A DNA stretch of 8,851 nt from the IMG/VR virus record IMGVR_UViG_2713896791_000021. One strand, 5' to 3'. The position numbers and the translations under genes were made by a program. Positions 1 to 6,315 of the stretch are shown in pieces (within the stretch, counting starts at the first letter, position 1; each line of letters begins with the position of its first letter). This stretch comes from a virus (taxonomy: Duplodnaviria; Heunggongvirae; Uroviricota; Caudoviricetes). The notes under the pieces are model-generated. The model saw nothing but the letters and a program-made list of their open reading frames with translations, was not told where the DNA came from and ran no database searches.

Positions 1-19
1 CTAATTGATAAATAAAAAA

Positions 20-1300
20 TTAACTTTTCATCGCTTCGTTATGGGGCATGGTTGGGGCAAACTCGCTTAACTGTGTATTTAACAGCGTTACCTGCGCATT
101 ATTATTTTCTGACATCCATTTCCCGTACACCTGAAACACCATTTGCGCATCTGCATGGCCCATCTGGTTTGCAATGAATGCCGGGTTAGCTCCTGCTGTT
201 AACGACCAGCAGGCATAAGTGTGTCTCGACTGATACGATTTGCGATGGCGGATTCCGGCACGCTTTACCGCTGCGTCCCACATCTGCCTTATTGAGTCAA
301 CGGTAAAATGGTCACCATAATTTTTTACTTTCGCTGACACTTCAGGTTGAAAAACAAAGGTACATTTTTGTTTCTCTGTTCTGCCGAATTCTCTGAGGTG
401 AACATCGATGATATGCTCTTTGCTCAGTCTCGTTAGTGCCATCTGACTCCGGAGAGCGTCGATTGCGGGATTAATAAGGTGAATCACACGATTGGTTCCC
501 GCCTGTGTTTTTGGTACTGTAAAACGGTCTTTTGCCAGATTTCTTCTGATTATCATTGTTCCATTTTTCAGATCTATATCTTCCCATCCAAGCGCACACA
601 GTTCACCAGGGCGAATCCCAGTATAAACGGAAACACACCATAAATTTTTGGCTTGCTGATTTCTGCACGCGTCAATAAGGCGGATAAACTCCTCCCGCGA
701 AAGTGGATCCGGGATGGTTCTCGACTCCTTTAATGGTGAGATCCCCTTAAATGGATTGTTTGCCAGATAACCGTTATCAACACCAAACTGGAACACGGCG
801 TAAAGATTTGTCATGTAATTATTTACGGTAACAGCCGATCTCCCTGGTTGTGTAACAATATAGTTACTTTTGGGGATCTGGTATCCAGTCAGTAACTCTT
901 TACGTACCGCCAGCAATTTTTCTTTATTAATCGATGATGCAAGATTTTTTTCACCGATTATGCTCAGAATATTTTTGATGACGGCACGGTACGTGTTGAG
1001 TGACGTTTTTGCGACTTCAGTTTCTTTCAGTGCCAGAAATTTTTCAGCCAGTTCTTTTATGGTTAAATCTTGTCGGGCCTCACCAAATTTTTCCAGATTG
1101 TGTGAGGCGGGAAACTGTTTTGCATAGTCGAAAGCGCCAGTTTTTATTGCGTAACAAACAGAGGCGCGTAGCTCACCTGCAATGCGCCTGTTTTTTGCTG
1201 TGTCAGGAACCCCAAGATTTTCCCGGACTCTTACACCTTTATAAACAAACCAGATACGTAATTTCCCTCCATGGTTTTCCACGCCTGTCGGATATTTCAT
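20..1300 (-). CDS. int: Phage tyrosine integrase (lambda-family site-specific recombinase)
   Basis: ORF 20..1315 (-), 431 aa. N-terminal arm-binding-like segment (MKYPTGVENHGGKLRIWFVYKGVRVRE); catalytic-domain residues in the expected order (R in VYTGIRPGE, H/R in QSRHTYACW, H in GHAD, nucleophile Y in QVYGKW). Start placed at the second ATG (1298-1300, preceded by GAGAGAAG); the first ATG at 1313-1315 has no SD-like sequence, so the 5' end is uncertain by 15 nt. Confidence 0.9.
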   Translation of the reverse strand: MKYPTGVENHGGKLRIWFVYKGVRVRENLGVPDTAKNRRIAGELRASVCYAIKTGAFDYAKQFPASHNLEKFGEARQDLTIKELAEKFLALKETEVAKTSLNTYRAVIKNILSIIGEKNLASSINKEKLLAVRKELLTGYQIPKSNYIVTQPGRSAVTVNNYMTNLYAVFQFGVDNGYLANNPFKGISPLKESRTIPDPLSREEFIRLIDACRNQQAKNLWCVSVYTGIRPGELCALGWEDIDLKNGTMIIRRNLAKDRFTVPKTQAGTNRVIHLINPAIDALRSQMALTRLSKEHIIDVHLREFGRTEKQKCTFVFQPEVSAKVKNYGDHFTVDSIRQMWDAAVKRAGIRHRKSYQSRHTYACWSLTAGANPAFIANQMGHADAQMVFQVYGKWMSENNNAQVTLLNTQLSEFAPTMPHNEAMKS

Positions 1301-1334
1301 TTCAGCTTCTCTCATTGGTTCGTGTTGCTTTTAG

Positions 1335-1586
1335 TCAAGCAAGATGACGTCTTGGTCTTGCAGATGCCTGGCGCTCAATCCAGCGATCAATTTCTTCCAG
1401 GTTGTAAAAGCATGGACTGTTATCCCATGGCATACCGTCATGAGCGACATGCTTATATTCCCTTCCTTCCATAAACGATTTTTCCCTGGCTTTTTTTAGC
1501 GTTCCCTTTTTGATTCCTTTAAGTGCAATTAACTGCTCTTCGGATACCCATTTGCCAGGAGAGACGATCATGATTACTTCGCTCAT
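1335..1586 (-). CDS. xis: Excisionase (Xis-like, winged-helix DNA-binding protein)
   Basis: ORF 1335..1658 (-). The 83-aa core from ATG 1584-1586 (MSEVIMIVSPGKW...GTLKKAREKSFMEGREYKHV...) has the size and pattern of lambdoid excisionases and sits immediately upstream of int on the same strand. The ORF's first ATG (1656-1658) overlaps the upstream stop as TAATG, so a 107-aa form is also possible. Confidence 0.7.
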   Translation of the reverse strand: MSEVIMIVSPGKWVSEEQLIALKGIKKGTLKKAREKSFMEGREYKHVAHDGMPWDNSPCFYNLEEIDRWIERQASARPRRHLA

Positions 1587-1657
1587 CGATTCTTTATCTC
1601 TTACATCAGATGAACGCCGGTTGCAGAATACCAATTGCAACCGACGACGGTTGAACA

Positions 1658-4075
1658 TTAAAAATCAGCCTGACTCGGGATCAGTTTTTTCCAGATAGCT
1701 GAAACGTATTTTGCCTGATAACGGGCGTCATCAAGTGCATTATGGCGCTCACCTTCGAATGGGATAGCAGTTCTGACATCGAAGTCTATGGCTTTCCCCA
1801 GCTCAACGATTGTGCGTACATCGCGATCGTTGTAGTAACGCCACGGGCAGGGGATCCCCTGCCGTTCGTATGAACGGCGCAAAATCGTGTTGTCGAAGTT
1901 GGCTCCATTTCCCCAGACCTGAACAAAAAATTCACCGGAGTTTTCGTCGATAAATTCCCGCAATTGTAACAGTGCATCATCTAACGGGATTTCATCGGTC
2001 ATAATGGCAGATTGCGCTTCGCGTGATTGCTTAAGCCACCATTTAATGGTGTCCCGATCAATGACTCCGCCAGCAGTTTCCAGATCGATAGTCTTACTAA
2101 ATTCCGGTCCCATATCTCCGGTTTGCGGATCGAAAAATATTGCACCTATTGAGATAATCGGGGCATCAGGATTTTTTCCCATGGTTTTAAGGTCGATCAT
2201 TAGATGGTCACACGTCCTGCTGGTGGATGTGATAACGTGATGACCGTTCACCGTAATTAAGGGATTTGCTGTCTCGCCTGTTTCATTATTGCCATTGGCA
2301 TGTTGATCGCCTTCGGTGCATTGCTTATTCGGGAGCACGGCATTTTCCATTTCCTCCGGATTTTTTTTCCGGGCTTCATCCTGGCTTTCTTCGTTGAATG
2401 TCTCTTGGTAGGTTGCGTCACCCATTACCGCTCCACAATCAGGGCAGTTGCCGCCATCGGTCTGACCACATGTGGTGCAAACTTTTTCTGGTTCTTGTTG
2501 CACTACTGGTTCAGGTTGTTTTGTTTTTGGCTCGTTTTGTAACGCATTTGGGCTGTTTTGTTCCGCTTTATCCTGATTCTGGTCATCATCATCGCGACTC
2601 TGGATCCCCTTCACCCATTTTGGATCATTCGGGTCGCTAATCCCTTCAACAAATTCTCCTCGAGAAGCAGCCAGTAATTTATCTGCATCGACAGGATTTT
2701 TGGGTGGAATGTTTTTCTTGGCTTCATGGAGTTCTGCACGCAGTTTCTGATATTTCGCATCAACAGAATTTATCTGTGGCTGAGCATCCATCGACTGCGT
2801 GTCCTGATTATGTTCAGTTGTATCCGGTTCCACTGCTTCAGTCGTTGCCTGTTCATCTGCCATTGCGCCAGATGGCTGCGGTTTTTCTTCATCATCCTGT
2901 TTTCCTTCTTTTGTTACACGCTGCGGCATCGGGGCAGAGGAGCGACCACAGGCAATATCCACGATTTCCGGATCAGGGGTGGCATGATCGGTTTCAGTCA
3001 GCACCTTATTCAGGTATTCGGTGACACGGTGGGGAGTAGCCTCTATACCAATTGGTGCTTCTTTCACGGACGCAACCACGATGGCGCGGGAGTAATCCTT
3101 GTGGCCCGGCATGGTGATGAATTTGCTGAAAAACACAGAAAATGGCGGTTTATTTTCAGCGATAATTTCCTCAATGCGTTTAGCGTGCGCGGGATGAAGG
3201 TTATAAATATCCACGTCCATTGAACGGGCCAGTACGCCAGTGGCTACGTCACGCGCCACTGACGCATCATCGTGGACAAAACCTTCGCCGCGATCGGTAA
3301 GAATGCCGCCGCCAGCGTTAGCGCCGGATGGCGTGCGGCTGATGCGTGAAACACGATTTCCTTTCATCCACTCTTTTGTAAGCAGACCGCGATCGGTGTA
3401 GTCAGCGCCCAGGTATGCTTCGATAAAAGAGGTCATCAGTCCCAGGTCCGAATTTACGGGGGCGGGGAAAACTTTGTCAGTGTCTCGCACCAGTTTGTAC
3501 AAATCCCGAAGCTCCAGCGGTTCGAGTTGCACTGCTTTATTTGAGATGGCCAGCGCGGTAACGGCGGGAAGTTTTTCATCCTGTGCGTTATGTAATGCGC
3601 GCAGTTTGTCCAGTGAAACGTGCGTGAGCGGTTTTTCGCTGTTGTGTTGCGCCAGCCAGCGAACAGGCAGAATCTGACCTGAAACCGGAAGAAGCATATT
3701 CTCCTCAATCTTAGCCATGTCTTCGCCGTTGACGTTGGTATTGTCAGTACTGGCTGGTTTGTCCGGAACAGAGGGCGCGATAAGTATCATTGTGATACCA
3801 TCTTCTCCGCCTTTTTCGTATCGGTTGCAGAATTCAGTATCAAACACACCTTCCGGTGGAAGGTCATTCACAACGGGTAAATGGACGCGGATGGGTTTTT
3901 TAAAATCCTCTTCGTCAAATCCGGCATCGTCCATTGCAGCAACACCACGTGATATTGCAACCGATAATTTTTTTGCTGTGCGCCAGTAAAAACCACCTTT
4001 AATCCCAAGGCGTTTTCTGACTTTGTCATTTTTGGCTTCGTAATATAGTGCAATTTCTTCTTTATCAGCGTTCAT
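1658..4075 (-). CDS. YdfE/RecE-like large prophage protein with C-terminal DEDDh-type 3'-5' exonuclease domain (Rv2179c-like) and an internal CxxC...CxxC zinc-ribbon motif
   Basis: 805-aa ORF with GAGG 7 nt upstream of ATG 4073-4075. The N-terminal ~400 aa resemble, from memory, the non-catalytic N-terminal part of Rac RecE / Qin YdfE. A central acidic, Q/P-rich low-complexity linker follows. [15 protein letters not shown] is a C-x2-C-x7-C-x2-C knuckle. The C-terminus (...[24 protein letters not shown]...GANFDNTIL...[10 protein letters not shown]) matches the Exo I/II/III layout of DnaQ-like exonucleases. Confidence 0.85.
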   Translation of the reverse strand: MNADKEEIALYYEAKNDKVRKRLGIKGGFYWRTAKKLSVAISRGVAAMDDAGFDEEDFKKPIRVHLPVVNDLPPEGVFDTEFCNRYEKGGEDGITMILIAPSVPDKPASTDNTNVNGEDMAKIEENMLLPVSGQILPVRWLAQHNSEKPLTHVSLDKLRALHNAQDEKLPAVTALAISNKAVQLEPLELRDLYKLVRDTDKVFPAPVNSDLGLMTSFIEAYLGADYTDRGLLTKEWMKGNRVSRISRTPSGANAGGGILTDRGEGFVHDDASVARDVATGVLARSMDVDIYNLHPAHAKRIEEIIAENKPPFSVFFSKFITMPGHKDYSRAIVVASVKEAPIGIEATPHRVTEYLNKVLTETDHATPDPEIVDIACGRSSAPMPQRVTKEGKQDDEEKPQPSGAMADEQATTEAVEPDTTEHNQDTQSMDAQPQINSVDAKYQKLRAELHEAKKNIPPKNPVDADKLLAASRGEFVEGISDPNDPKWVKGIQSRDDDDQNQDKAEQNSPNALQNEPKTKQPEPVVQQEPEKVCTTCGQTDGGNCPDCGAVMGDATYQETFNEESQDEARKKNPEEMENAVLPNKQCTEGDQHANGNNETGETANPLITVNGHHVITSTSRTCDHLMIDLKTMGKNPDAPIISIGAIFFDPQTGDMGPEFSKTIDLETAGGVIDRDTIKWWLKQSREAQSAIMTDEIPLDDALLQLREFIDENSGEFFVQVWGNGANFDNTILRRSYERQGIPCPWRYYNDRDVRTIVELGKAIDFDVRTAIPFEGERHNALDDARYQAKYVSAIWKKLIPSQADF

Positions 4076-4167
4076 TGATAAACCTCATAACCATTTTAAG
4101 GATGAACAAATTCCTGCCATTGCTGGCATTTTTAATCCGTTGGTATGGCGTTAATATGGCTGGCGGG

Positions 4168-4356
4168 TTATCCAGCCGGTGTTTCGTTATTCAGGTACAG
4201 CGATACTTTTTTTAACGGGAGGCATTCACCGGGGATTTTTTGTTCGTCCCTTACCTGAATGCAGGATGACTTACTGTAATAAATTCCGGTAATCACATTC
4301 TGCGGCTCACCCGTTATAAGAAAAACGGTCATTATCAGTGCAAACGCTGAAGTCAC
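4168..4356 (-). CDS. ydfD: YdfD-like small prophage protein (Qin ydfD family, reported lysis-related)
   Basis: 62-aa ORF directly downstream of dicB. GTG start (4354-4356) overlaps the dicB stop as GTGA, with GGAG 7 nt upstream; this 4-bp overlap and the gene size match what I recall for K-12 dicB-ydfD. An alternative ATG lies at 4330-4332. Confidence 0.55.
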   Translation of the reverse strand: MTSAFALIMTVFLITGEPQNVITGIYYSKSSCIQVRDEQKIPGECLPLKKVSLYLNNETPAG

Positions 4357-4541
4357 TGCTGTTCTCCGATAATACCAAGTTCAAGAAGGGCAATTCTGGA
4401 AAGTATGGAATTATCATTAAGAAGATAAGGTTCATATTTTCTCATCTTAATGGCATCTTCAGTAAACTCCCGGTTACTGAGCAGAACTCCAATATCAAAA
4501 CAACCTTCAGACGTATTAACGTTTGGTAATAACGTTTCCAT
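4353..4541 (-). CDS. dicB: Cell-division inhibitor DicB (MinC-dependent FtsZ-ring inhibitor)
   Basis: 62-aa product METLLPNVNTSEGCFDIGVLLSNREFTEDAIKMRKYEPYLLNDNSILSRIALLELGIIGEQQ closely resembles K-12 DicB (recalled) and lies downstream of dicF in the expected operon order. The track ORF 4353..4661 extends artificially upstream through the N-run; the true start is ATG 4539-4541. Confidence 0.85.
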   Translation of the reverse strand: METLLPNVNTSEGCFDIGVLLSNREFTEDAIKMRKYEPYLLNDNSILSRIALLELGIIGEQQ

Positions 4542-4550
4542 TATCGCGTC

Positions 4551-4590
4551 NNNNNNNNNNNNNNNNNNNNNNNNNNNNNNNNNNNNNNNN
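4551..4590. other. Assembly gap (run of 40 N)
   Basis: 40 consecutive N characters. The flanks are the 3' side of dicF and the 5' end of dicB, so the true length of the dicF-dicB spacer is unknown. Confidence 0.99.
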
Positions 4591-4607
4591 NNNNNNNNNN
4601 TCACAAA

Positions 4608-4664
4608 ATTCACTTTAAAAAGGGCGGCAGAGCAGTCACGGAGTAAAACTGATACCGCCAAATG
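4608..4664 (-). ncRNA. dicF: DicF small regulatory RNA (Hfq-dependent sRNA targeting ftsZ and other mRNAs)
   Basis: Minus-strand sequence UUUCUGGUGACAUUUGGCGGUAUCAGUUUUACUCCGUGACUGCUCUGCCGCCCUUUUU matches my recollection of DicF at all but about one position. It ends in a GC-rich stem (GGCGG...GCCGCC) plus U-run intrinsic terminator and sits between ydfC and dicB as in Qin. Confidence 0.8.
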
Positions 4665-4926
4665 TCACCAGAAAATTGATAACAGAGGGCGTTGTAGCGG
4701 GGTTGTCACTTAAGTGTATGGTCAACCTGACAACCCGGTGCATTTTCTGGAGCAATGGAGGAAACCCCAGCCATACTTACCGCCGCGCCATTTCGCGGAC
4801 TGCCACAACCGGAAGCGCACGGTCGACGAAAATTTAACGACAGGCTATCTATGAACCAGCTACCTCGCCGTACGCTTTCGCGTTGTGTGCCTGCTTTTAA
4901 CCACGTCAGGCGAGGTGGTTCCTGTT

Positions 4927-4955
4927 ATTCCCCAACAACAAGAAATTTGTATAAT
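4927..4955 (+). promoter_or_regulatory. Candidate sigma70 promoter (perfect -10 TATAAT at 4950-4955, TG immediately upstream, weak -35) pointing toward the 5100..5444 ORF
   Basis: tttgTATAATctgg at 4946-4958, with -35 region tattcc (weak). Flanked by 16-bp direct repeats CCCCAACAAC(A/G)AGAA(A/G) at 4930-4945 and 4964-4979. Confidence 0.3.
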
Positions 4956-5099
4956 CTGGATATCCCCAACAACGAGAAGAGTATGTAACGTGATAGTTGA
5001 GTTCTCAGCAGCAATGTCGGCAATCAAAGAAACTGCGGTAATGGCAAAGGGTATTCTGAATGCAAAACTCAAACTGAGATAAATTCCGCTGTCAGCGAT

Positions 5100-5444
5100 A
5101 TGCTTTCAAAACTTACGTCTGTTCAGTTTGAATGCGTATCGCTCATTGAGATGGTGCGCTCTTATCAGGAAGAAGCCGCATCTCTCAAAGCAAAAATTGC
5201 AGAGATAGAAGACTTTCAGCAACAGGCGGAAGGTTACAAACTTAACAAGCTTGATTCTGGAACTCTTGTGTATTCCAAGAAGCAATTTATAGGCGATACC
5301 GAGATAACAGTGCATCTTTGCCCACAATGTTTTGGAAAAAAGGTAATATCTGTACTGCAACCAATGGAAATAATGCGCTTTGATGCTCATTTTCGTACTT
5401 TTTGCCCCGCTTGCAATAATAAGTTCTGGATGAACTCAAGATAA
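5100..5444 (+). CDS. Hypothetical 114-aa protein, N-terminal coiled-coil plus C-terminal C4 zinc ribbon (CPQC...x17...CPAC); no recognised family
   Basis: ORF on the strand opposite to the dicB operon. Visibly AT-rich with many ATA/CTT/AAA codons compared with its neighbours. The antisense frames are aromatic/hydrophobic junk, while this frame is protein-like (EEAASLKAKIAEIEDFQQQAEG; HLCPQCFGKK...FCPACNNKFW). No convincing SD before ATG 5100. Confidence 0.35.
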   Translation: MLSKLTSVQFECVSLIEMVRSYQEEAASLKAKIAEIEDFQQQAEGYKLNKLDSGTLVYSKKQFIGDTEITVHLCPQCFGKKVISVLQPMEIMRFDAHFRTFCPACNNKFWMNSR

Positions 5445-5559
5445 TTAACCGTTTAAATAAGTTGGGACTATCCAGATTTTTAAAGAACGTGCCGGATGCT
5501 CACCCGTGTCCGGCGCACGCACTCCACCTGACCCGTAGAGAACTCCTTAATTACCAACC

Positions 5560-5799
5560 TTATCCTCGTTGGTTAGCTATTAACGCGGGTATGTAATCAT
5601 TCTGGCAATGCTTAATGCCGCTGCTTTTTCCAAATTGGTGATATCCTGCTCCAGAGCGGACAGATTTTTCAGCCTGCTTAGCCCTGGCTTCATTGGCCCA
5701 TTTCAGATCCTGCGCTGCATTAATTTTCTGGCGCATCCACTCATAAAGTTCATCATCGGTATAGTCTGGCGCGATGATGACGGGTTCTCGTTTATGCAT
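5560..5799 (-). CDS. ydfC: YdfC-like small prophage protein (dicB operon)
   Basis: 79-aa ORF with GAGGAA 5 nt upstream of ATG 5797-5799, in the position of ydfC between ydfB and dicF. Family assignment is by operon position plus vague sequence recollection. Confidence 0.65.
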   Translation of the reverse strand: MHKREPVIIAPDYTDDELYEWMRQKINAAQDLKWANEARAKQAEKSVRSGAGYHQFGKSSGIKHCQNDYIPALIANQRG

Positions 5800-5846
5800 A
5801 CTGATTCCTCGCGGTGCTGTTTCGCTTATCAGCCGTTAGATTTTGC

Positions 5847-5957
5847 CTAACTGGAAAGCGCCTGTTTAAACTCACTGAAGCTGAGAGCCTCTTCGCCTTC
5901 GGCAAGGTCTTCGAAGTATTCTTCGTAAGCCTTTTCCATGATTGTGTCGAAATCCAT
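5847..5957 (-). CDS. ydfB: YdfB-like small acidic protein (dicB operon)
   Basis: Not in the supplied track (too short). Manual translation from ATG 5955-5957 gives MDFDTIMEKAYEEYFEDLAEGEEALSFSEFKQALSS, then TAG (5847-5849). AGGTGA SD sits inside the ydfA 3' end, and ydfA stop and ydfB start are arranged as TGATATG. In-frame upstream GTG (5964-5966) or ATG (5997-5999) could extend it. Confidence 0.65.
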   Translation of the reverse strand: MDFDTIMEKAYEEYFEDLAEGEEALSFSEFKQALSS

Positions 5958-5958
5958 A

Positions 5959-6114
5959 TCACTCACCTGAGTTTCTTTCCAGCCAGCGACGGGCACCATT
6001 TTCGGTTTTAAACGTTTTGCTTTTGGTATACGTCATCGCGGTGAACGTGCCGTCCTGGTTTGGGAACACGCCGTACACCAGAGATTCGTTGCTGCCAAGA
6101 TCGATAGTATCCAT
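5959..6114 (-). CDS. ydfA: YdfA-like protein (DUF1391 family, first gene of dicB operon)
   Basis: 51-aa product MDTIDLGSNESLVYGVFPNQDGTFTAMTYTKSKTFKTENGARRWLERNSGE from ATG 6112-6114, with GAGG 5 nt upstream; near-identical to recalled K-12 YdfA. The upstream ATG of track ORF 5959..6168 has no SD. Confidence 0.75.
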   Translation of the reverse strand: MDTIDLGSNESLVYGVFPNQDGTFTAMTYTKSKTFKTENGARRWLERNSGE

Positions 6115-6195
6115 GCTGACCTCATTTCCCCTTAACGCCGGAGTAGCGGAACTGTTTGCTGAGAACACCGTGCGGTGTCTTGATGAGTGAAATTT

Positions 6196-6231
6196 AGAAT
6201 AACCTAAGGCATATGGTCAAGATTTTTATGT
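6196..6231 (-). promoter_or_regulatory. Candidate dicB-operon promoter (PL analogue): -35 TTGACC, 18-bp spacer, -10 TAAATT, read on the minus strand
   Basis: Minus-strand TTGACC (plus 6226-6231) and TAAATT (plus 6202-6207) lie ~80 nt upstream of the ydfA start. The spacer contains CCTTAGG, the same motif that recurs in the dicA/dicC intergenic region. Confidence 0.35.
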
Positions 6232-6315
6232 AGAAAAACCTAAGTTTTTTGGTGTAAAAAACACAAGTGTTTGAAAGTTTGTGCTTTTTATTACAGGGTG
6301 TGGAGAAAAAAGGGG

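Noticed and set aside
1-19. Phage attachment site or tRNA integration target downstream of int
   Set aside because: Only 19 nt of sequence lie beyond the int stop codon, with no recognisable tRNA 3' end or core repeat; this cannot be assessed in the window.
870-1474. Plus-strand ORFs 870..1127, 1000..1347 and 1271..1474
   Set aside because: Antisense to the integrase and excisionase genes with low-complexity hydrophobic translations; no independent support.
2004-3989. Plus-strand ORFs of 61-165 aa (2004..2240, 2300..2542, 2398..2640, 2704..3024, 2726..3223, 3474..3677, 3717..3989) and minus-strand ORFs 1786..1980, 3454..3708, 3868..4053
   Set aside because: All lie inside or antisense to the 805-aa gene. 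Their translations are Cys/Phe/Leu/Arg-rich with no domain-like pattern and no SD-supported starts, so I treat them as shadow frames of a long coding region.
4158-4190. Hairpin GGCTGG-N8-CCAGCC followed by a T-rich tract on the plus strand
   Set aside because: It lies within the ydfD-like coding region and on the strand opposite to all local transcription; most likely a coincidental palindrome.
4353-4661. 102-aa ORF spanning the N-run (MAVSVLLRDCSAALFKVNFVXXXX...)
   Set aside because: The N-terminal part is read through the 40-N assembly gap and through the dicF sRNA on the same strand. Only the portion from ATG 4541 (DicB) is credible.
4755-5082. ORFs 4755..4988 (+), 4885..5082 (+) and 4860..5072 (-) in the spacer
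   Set aside because: They overlap the GC-rich inverted-repeat block and the candidate promoter, have no SD-supported start and give low-complexity translations. More likely non-coding regulatory or structured sequence.
5106-5390. Minus-strand 94-aa ORF antisense to the zinc-ribbon ORF
   Set aside because: Translation is dominated by F/Y/L/K with no motif; the plus-strand frame is much more protein-like.
5608-6190. Plus-strand ORFs 5608..5850, 5814..6011 and 5942..6190
   Set aside because: Antisense to the well-supported ydfC, ydfB and ydfA genes.
6262-6300. Intrinsic terminator after dicA (AACA-CTTG-TGTT hairpin followed by a T-run on the minus strand)
   Set aside because: The stem is only 4-5 AT-rich base pairs and is too weak to call; it may allow read-through from dicA into the dicB operon. 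Left unannotated.
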